Source: Squalus acanthias (lineage: Eukaryota). Taken from it: a stretch of DNA of 64,000 bases. Made by a program: the position numbers and the translations under genes. How positions within the stretch are numbered: position 1 is the first letter of the stretch; each line of letters opens with the position of its first letter. Shown in pieces: positions 39,241-46,841 of the stretch. The stretch is from positions 133,736,001-133,800,000 of the forward strand of contig CM059431.1 in NCBI GenBank assembly GCA_030390025.1, written 5' to 3'. Under the pieces are notes generated by a model. The model was not told the origin of the DNA. It saw only the letters and a list, made by a program, of their open reading frames with translations, and searched no databases.

Positions 39241-39804
39241 TAAAGTCTGGTAGAACTGAGTGCTGGCAGAAGATGTGCTCACTTCCAAAGTGGCTTGTGT
39301 ATGCAAATGACAGGATAATGAGGGCAAAACTTGCTCTCTCAGAAATTTACAGGCTTTGCCCATGATCTTTGTCTGAAATATTAGCTTTGACTGGAGTGAT
39401 TAGAAAAATAATTTCTCAGCTCTGCTGCTAAGAAGGTATTTTGTAAGCTGCCTTTCAGCAGTTTCAGGCAAGAAATGCTTTTTCTTCCTACACTTCTATC
39501 ATGGATTCTTTACCATAGGCTCAGTATGACCATTCCTATATATTTTCTTATGCTGGAGACACAACAGGAACAGGAGGAAGAGGACATATGACAGGCATGC
39601 AGAATAAGGCTACACCAAAGGAAAAGACCAATTAGGGAGGTACCCTTGCACCAGTGTTTGCAGATCACACTGCTACCTTGGGAATGTATCAATGGAGATC
39701 TTTATAAGGAGGCAATGGTTCATGAAGGAGCCTGTTGCAAGCTGATCTCTCAACAGGTTCTTAAACACAAAAAATAAACAAACAGGCATGCCTCAAAACA
39801 CAGT

Positions 39805-40566
39805 GGGCCAAAAATTCGGCCCTTCCCGGGTGAGTACACAGTGCGTACTCACCCGTAACGCGTCCCGAAGTGCCGGTTTCCTGCATGCACTGCGCATGTG
39901 CGGGAAACCGGAACTTCCGGTATGGTGAAGGGGGCAGTTCCTAGGTGAACCGCGTGCATGGTAGAGGCTGCGCGCACGCAGCGAACTTAGATTTTTTTTC
40001 AGGTTTCTACGGGAGGGTAAGTAGTGAAGAACCTACGCTTATAAAAAGGAGGCGCAGGACCCATTTTCAACAAGGTAAGTGGTTAATTAAGTATAATTTA
40101 AAAAAAATTTCAACAGGTTTATCTTTTTTAGATACTTTAAAGAAAGGTAAGTTTATTTTTATCACTTTTAAAAAGTATTTTAATTTTTTCAAAAATTAAA
40201 ATTTTTGTTTAAAGTGGTTAATTTATTTAACTATAGTTATTTTATAAATGTGATGGTTTTTTTAAATTTATTTTAAGTTTAACTGTTCTTTTGGGGCCGA
40301 TTTCAATTCACAGATTTGACAGGTCTCCTGTCAAATCTATGAATGAAAGATGGTCTGCTGCCATTGGCTCTCCATGGCCCACGTGATCCCAAGGGACGCA
40401 TCGCACTAACTACGCCCCTGGGACACGCAAGCACTGCGCGCCGGCACTTGGAGCAGGCCCAGGAGCTGAAGTTCCCGTGGGCCCAAAACACAATGGCAGG
40501 CACGGTAGGTAAGTGCGCGCGTGATCCTTACCCCCGCGGCAAGCCGGAGAGGCGAATTTCTGGGCC
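39805..40566. mobile_element. Hairpin-rich MITE, copy 1
   Basis: TIR GGGCCAAAAATTCG / CGAATTTCTGGGCC; homologous to 61860-62593. Confidence 0.8.
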
Positions 40567-41359
40567 ATAATTTGGAAAAGATAAAAAAAACTCCACAAAT
40601 CCAAAGCAAGTCTAAAATAAGCTTTAAGCTGATCTGACAAAGGTTGATGCTTGGTTCTTTAAATTCTCTTCCGCCTTCTGCTGTGCACCTAGCAACCCTG
40701 GACACCTGTTTTAGATGGACAAGATGAGAGTGGAGATTAGGTGGTAATAACAGGAAAATGGAGCTCGCGATGCTATGATATCATTTTCACCTCAGTCTTA
40801 TGGAACCACCTATCTTGCCATTCATCTTTGTACCCCAGATCTGATCAGAAAATTCAGGCTGCTGTGTTTTTCATCCTTTGCTTTTCAGGCATAATGCTAA
40901 GAATTAAATAAAGTTGTACCCTAAAACCTGAATGGTCATTCTACTCATTCTCCTCATATCTTCCAAGGTCTTACTGCTTTGGCGGGGGAGGAGCTAAATC
41001 CCTGATTGAACTTATATCATTGTTGATTTGAAACTTTTATTTAATTTGCAGCATTGTACCTAAAGTTCAAACAATGAGACACAGGAAATGTGGGTTCAAA
41101 ATAAATTCTACCAATTTAAAAGTATGTTTGTTGTCCACAACTTCCTTTGCTGTTCTCTACTGTTTTACATTGTTTTGCAGTGTTGTGTAATACAATAATC
41201 TGTGGCAAGATAATTATCACAACTGTCTCTTTACACGAGCATTTGCTAATTGGACTGAGGTAGCTGATACAAAGAATACATATACATTAAGCCATGTAAA
41301 ATTACGCTGTAAACTGGAAAGAATTGTAAAATAGTAATTCATTTTGTGTAAGAGTTCAG

Positions 41360-41770
41360 AAGCAGGCCCCGTGATGGCAAAGTTGCTAAGTGTGGAACTG
41401 AACCGTTTTGGACTCAGAAGGTTCCCAGGTGTGAACTTCAGTGTATGCTGAATTAGCTGATCTCAGTGTGATGACGGGGTGCTACAATTGGCCTCAGTGC
41501 TGGTTGTTGAGGGATAGAAAAAAAACATCAGCCAGGGTTTCTACCTCCTAATCACCATCCAAGTACTCCTGATGTTACTGCACACATGTAGCTGTTGGAT
41601 GAGGACAGGACTTGCCTCGGATGTGATGTCCACCATGGTAACTAACTTGCCAAATGTGTCTGAGCTCACACATGAAGAATGGTCACTTGGGGGAAGTACT
41701 GGAGGGTGTCTGACACTTGTTCTGCAGCATGAGTCAGTGCCTTTGGAGAGGGAGAGGAAACTGGAGGAAA
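41360..41770 (+). mobile_element. AmnSINE2-like tRNA-derived SINE
   Basis: GCTGAATTAGCTGATCTCAG, GTGCTACAATTGGCCTCAG and GCTCACACATGAAGAATGG blocks match AmnSINE2 as recalled; not searched. Confidence 0.55.
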
Positions 41771-42050
41771 GAAATAAAGTTCAGAAGCACTATTGTTTTA
41801 AGAATGAGAGATTTGTCAGTTATGATGAAGTAACTTTGGAAAAACGACTTCCTGATTTCTCTACCAAGGAACCAGGAACTAGCATTGCAAATTTGCCATC
41901 ATCACTATGATTGAGGTAATTGGGATCAGTGCGAGAACAGTCAAAACAAGACAGCTGAAATATGATTTTTATAGGTAAATTAAATTCAGAGCTTTAATAT
42001 GGAATCAAATTGATTACTGGACATACCAACTTTATGTATTTTTCTTTCAG

Positions 42051-42186
42051 AGTGGGTTATGGCTACAGTGCTACAGCATCTGTTTTCTCTTCTCGGACAA
42101 AGGCACACAATGTTGCAGAAGACATGAGGTCAGCAAGGAACACAGGGATCCCACCAAAGCAATTTGATAAGAATGCTTATGTTTAA
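42051..42186 (+). CDS. CLDN10: Claudin-10 last coding exon, ending KQFDKNAYV* (PDZ-binding YV)
   Basis: tttctttcAG acceptor; frame continues from exon 4; C-terminus matches vertebrate CLDN10; TAA at 42184-42186. Confidence 0.95.
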
Positions 42187-42768
42187 TAAAAACAACCCAC
42201 AAATAAGATAAAGATATGATTACTTTAATCAAGTTCAGACCATAAGAACATTTCCTTTAATTTACAAAAATATATAACATTTGCCTTTGTTTCTCACAAT
42301 AATTCCAAAAACAACATTTTAGAATTTTTTTTTACCTGATGGAATGTTTTTGTCTATACATAGCTTTATGGAAAAATAGATCATTCTGAGTTAACTATTG
42401 ATCTTTAGATGCAACTCATTTTCTTGTTTTCAAGAATATTATATTTCAATTCCTCAGTGGTTAATTTGGTAAAAACATGCAAACAGAGTTGAGTACTGCA
42501 TCAATGAATGATTTACTGTTAAGTGAAAAACATATTTTAAGTCTTTTGACAAGTTTTAGCTGATTATTTAGTTACAAGAAAAAGAAAATGCATTAATTCT
42601 TGACTGTTTATTATTTAGATAGCACAAAACTTGTTGCAATGGAACTTTCAAAACAAATACAATCATTGTCAAGTGTTCAATCAAACTTAATGGAAATGTA
42701 TCCCTTTTTATGCCGAAGAGTTTTAGAGTTTACCATATATATATTCTATGTATCTATATCTTATTAAA
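42185..42768 (+). promoter_or_regulatory. CLDN10 3' UTR with candidate poly(A) signals
   Basis: AATAAA at 42185-42190 overlaps the stop codon; ATTAAA at 42763-42768; AT-rich, non-repetitive sequence. Confidence 0.45.
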
Positions 42769-43028
42769 AATCTTACATCCGCACAAATTTCCTGTCTGCT
42801 CAACTTGACTCTCTGTTATTTTTTTTGGATGTCATCTTAACCTAACCGATACTGGCGGGATCAGGTCAAACGAAAGTTTGACAGCCCGCCCAATTTTACT
42901 CTCCATTGACTTTCCCACTGTTAGGTTAACATGACCCCTCAAATTTTCGAGCGGGCCTTAAAATGGGTGACCAATGCTCCCACCCAAAACAGGCGGAAGC
43001 CTTATTTCAATATCTAAATCAGGCGCCT

Positions 43029-43908
43029 TGTAAGATTTCCAAAATTTGCAGATCCCCAAAAATATATCGAAAGGAAAAAAATAAGGACTTTGGAACTTTA
43101 AAGGAAACATGCCTGGACATGTCCGGCACATGGATGGTCTGGGAGTTCAAAGACCAGCAAACATTAACATTTGGACAATAGGCCCTGGGGAAAGGCCGCC
43201 CCACCCAAAACACAGAGCCCAGCAAGGAACCCAAAGCAGGAGAACAATGCAAGCTTCCGTGGAACAACAACGCAACAGGATCTAAGCCATTTGATTTGGT
43301 TTAGCACAGTTGAAAGCCCATCAAAATTTCAACAAAGACAATGAACAGGCCTCACCTGAAAACTCACTGCATCACGAAACCAGTTTTTCGTGAGGAGTTT
43401 TGTGGGGGGTGGGGGGGAGGGGGCGGGGGCGAAAAAGGACTATATCTATAGCAGGACCCAAGAGCTCTCTCTTTCGACTCGCTGACTATGCTGGAAACAA
43501 GGCTCTCTCGCAGCACTGCCCAGAAGCCACATGGTAAAGGAAGACGTTCGATGACCAGAATCACCATCGACTTACCTGGCTGGATTTCGTACTGTTAATA
43601 CCCCTGTCTGGTGAGCATTATCCCTGATCTCCTGAAACCCAAACCTAGATAGAAGTGGGATTTTTGGGAGGGATAAAGGTTTTTTTTTTCTTGTATACTG
43701 TAACCTGTTTAAGTGTGAAGTATGTTTAAGTTTGTTACCTTTTAACTTTAATAAAAGTTATAGTTCTTTCATTGGAACCTGTGGTCTACTGCATCTTTAT
43801 TCACAACCCCTAAATAAGTCCAAGTTTTGAACCTGGGGCGTGGGAGCGATTCGAACCGCTCACTGAGTCAGGGGAAAGGCTGACTCCTACCACAACCCAC
43901 ACCCTACA
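43029..43908 (+). repeat. 5' LTR (880 bp)
   Basis: TATA-like box near 43441; donor GTGAGC at 43611; AATAAA at 43750; direct repeat of 49482-50375. Confidence 0.95.
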
Positions 43909-43910
43909 AA

Positions 43911-45710
43911 ATGGCGACTGTGGCAAGGACTTGGCAAAAGGGTTGTGAAGCAGTAGACACTGATTCAGAAGAGAGAACTGTAATGGAAGAGAGGATTTCA
44001 GATTATGTATTCAGCAAAGTGAATATGGAAAAGAAGTGGGTCACTAATCTATTAAAAACTGGGTGTCCGGTAGATGCAGCAGCTAAATGGACAGAAGGGA
44101 AGGATCATAAAAAATCCTTAGAAAAGGCAGTCTGGCTGATGTGCTTCAAGAAACAGATCCAACTTTTGGACAGACTCGTTGAAGCACAGGCAGCCGAGAT
44201 TCGGGAGTCGGCCCTGGAAGTCCAAACGTAGGCCCTAGCAGGGGAGAAGTTACTGTTAGCATTGCAGGCACTAAACCAGGAAAGGGTGCAGTTAGTGGGG
44301 GAACACAAGTCCCGGCAGGATTATTTACAGTGCCAGGTCACTGAGGCCAAGAACAATGAGCTGAGGTTGCGGGAAAAGAATGCCCGCCTGGCAAAACAAG
44401 TAAGAGAGCAGGAGGAGACAGTAAAAGGCTTACAGGCAGCCTATAAGGTAATGAGCGCACAGGGGTTTGAGGATGCGGACCATGGCCCCTGCCAGAAGCA
44501 GATAGAGAGTCTCAGCCTTGCTCTAAGGAAGGCAAGAGGCGTGGCGTGCCTCATAAGCCCAAGTGCAGCCCAGGTCGACTTTACAGGGAACCTGGGGAGA
44601 ACGGTTCAGACACCAAAGATAGCGCCAAGGGACGACCCGGTTGAGGAGCGGGAGGGCCCACGACCACCACCCATAGCGCCAAGCTTTAGCGACAGTCTGG
44701 CAAGAAGAAGGGGTGGAGTTAGGGGCAGAAGCTGAGGTGGAAAAAACCCCGCAAGAGAGCTGGGACCGGGGCCGATGTGCCCGGCCCGGCAGGACAGATT
44801 TGGCCCACCCGCTGATAACGGGGATGCGGGACCCCTCCAAAGCCAGTTCGTGGCTCCCCACGGTACATAACAGCTTAGGGTAATGGTAAGCCACCTGAGT
44901 AAACTCACCCAACAAGGGGACCCCTCAGTTCACTTCATAGAGGTAGAGCAGGCAGCAGGCGTCAACGGCTGTGACGATGCCGAGATGGCAAAAATGCTCC
45001 TGTTCTCACTGGACAGCCGGTTATACCAGTCTCTCTCTGCTGAGAGCAAGAGAGGACAGAATGGGTATGCGGCCATCAGAGAGGAAGTTTTAGAGGCAAT
45101 GGGGATGAATGAGGGAAGTCCTTTCTCCCAGGTGGAGAAAACAGTGCAGCTCGCAGGAGAGACCCCACAGGCTTTTGCAGACAGGCTGTGGCCCGTGTAC
45201 AGGGGTGCTTGTGGTGGGGATCTTAACAGGGCTCACCTAAACCGGGACGAGCTGGCCCACTGGCTCCGTAGCCTAGTGGCAAACAGCTTGCCTCGGATCA
45301 AAACCCAGGCTGAGCTTTGGTTTGACCCGAAAGACCCCCGGGTCACCGAGGAGGCAGTGGTCAGACAGCTGAACCTGGCCTACCGGAACGGGAGAGGGGC
45401 GGAAGAGCCCCCACAAAAAGGGAAAGTACATGAAATAAAACCCGGCCAGAGTAGGAAGGAGTGGCATCAGGAGGGGAATAACCCTTCCAGCACAAAGCTT
45501 AACTGTTATGGGTGTGGGAAGGATGGTCACTGGAGGAAGGAGTGTAAGAATCCTTGGAAGGATAACAAGGGAAAGAATTCCTCAGCCCCAGCCCAAAAGG
45601 CAGAGACAGGGATCCCTCCCGCCACGGTCAAGTCATTTTTGGACACCATGAGGTCCCTATTGACTGGCCCAGGGAAGGTAGCAGCAGCCCAATACAACCC
45701 AGACTTCTGA
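43911..45710 (+). pseudogene. gag: gag (600 codons in one frame, with three premature stops at 44229, 44733 and 44868)
   Basis: N-terminal coiled-coil; MHR-like QLAGETPQAFADRL; CCHC knuckle CYGCGKDGHWRKEC. Confidence 0.85.
43912..43931 (+). promoter_or_regulatory. Primer-binding site, tRNA-Arg(TCG)-like
   Basis: TGGCGACTGTGGCAAGGACT 3 nt after the LTR; tRNA assignment is from memory and allows G-U pairs and one bulge. Confidence 0.6.
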
Positions 45711-46520
45711 CTGGAACCAGCGCAGCCTGCCTACCTGTGTCCCCTTGAAAGACACGCACAGGAAGAGACCTCCCGTAAGGAGGCCAGGTTAAATGAGCAG
45801 GCCTTACGGGAGGAGAACGCCCGCTTAACGGGGAAAGTAGACGGGCTAGAGGGGCAGCTTAGAGACAGGGTAGCCAGGAGCAGGGAGTATGAGGATTTAA
45901 ACCATGGGCCCTGTGAGGAAAGGATAAAAGGTCTGACCCAAGCCCTATCCAAAGCCAGAGGGATGGTTTGCTCAACAACCCCAGGGGAATTCACCACCCC
46001 GCAGTTGCAAGCCATGGTAGCAGAGTTGACCAAACTAAAACAGAATAGAAATCCTCAGCCTCCAGCAGGCGAGATTACTCAGAATGCACAAGCAGGGGCG
46101 CTGGCCTGTCTTGAGGGAGGAGTCACCCAGGCCCCTGTTCAAACCACCCCCCCTCTCTTCTGGGACTCAGGTGGGGAGGAGGAGGAGCCCGAACCAGATA
46201 GCCCCGCCCCCGATCCAGGTGTTGAACCAGCACCAGGCTGCGAAGAGTCACCTGACCCTGAAACAGGTTTAGAAGAGGTACAGCCTGAGGATAGAAATCC
46301 CCAGCCAGTGGCAGTGGAAGATTCACAGACCACACAACAGGGGCAGTGGCTCGTGTTAAAGACCCACCAGCCAGAAAACCCCCACCAGCCAGAGCCCCTG
46401 GAAGGTCCCCACGTACGCCACAGCCAAAGAAACCGTGGTCACCGGCTCCCCAATTTAAAAGGGCCGCCCCTCAAGCCAGGGGTCGATCTGAGGACAGAGG
46501 TTCCCGGCCAGCAGCCATAG
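45711..46520 (+). CDS. In-frame post-gag ORF: duplicated Gag coiled-coil plus acidic/proline-rich tail; no pol motifs
   Basis: Open from the gag TGA; LREENARL...NHGPCEERIKGLTQALSKARGMVC parallels gag LREKNARL...DHGPCQKQIESLSLALRKARGVAC. Confidence 0.6.
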   Translation: MEPAQPAYLCPLERHAQEETSRKEARLNEQALREENARLTGKVDGLEGQLRDRVARSREYEDLNHGPCEERIKGLTQALSKARGMVCSTTPGEFTTPQLQAMVAELTKLKQNRNPQPPAGEITQNAQAGALACLEGGVTQAPVQTTPPLFWDSGGEEEEPEPDSPAPDPGVEPAPGCEESPDPETGLEEVQPEDRNPQPVAVEDSQTTQQGQWLVLKTHQPENPHQPEPLEGPHVRHSQRNRGHRLPNLKGPPLKPGVDLRTEVPGQQP

Positions 46521-46841
46521 GCTGCAAGGGACCAAAGGTACAGGACACGGCCACACCAAAGGGAGTAGGGTGCTGCAGCCCGAACAGGGCTTAGTCTGGC
46601 CGCTCGGAGATGGGCGGCGAATGTACATAGTTTTTGTTTGTTAAATTTTGAGATTGTTAAGTTTGGGTGTTTTTAGTTAAATTTTAAGTAAGGTGGTTGG
46701 TAGTTTTAAAATGTTATAATTTCAAGAGTGTTTTGTATTGAGTCGAGGTCGCAAGACCCGACTATGCTTCACCCAAGCCAGAGAATCTACTTGGGACCTG
46801 GCTATATGCTCTTGTGTCTCCTTACAGAAGGGATTGTCGAT

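Noticed and set aside
42963..43567. Short ORFs duplicated at 49358-50035
   Set aside because: They lie in the LTRs, start outside them or differ between copies; no coding evidence.
46728..46841. 38-aa N-terminal extension of env in the ORF track
   Set aside because: Starts at GTG upstream of the splice acceptor; the ATG at 46842 gives a proper signal peptide.
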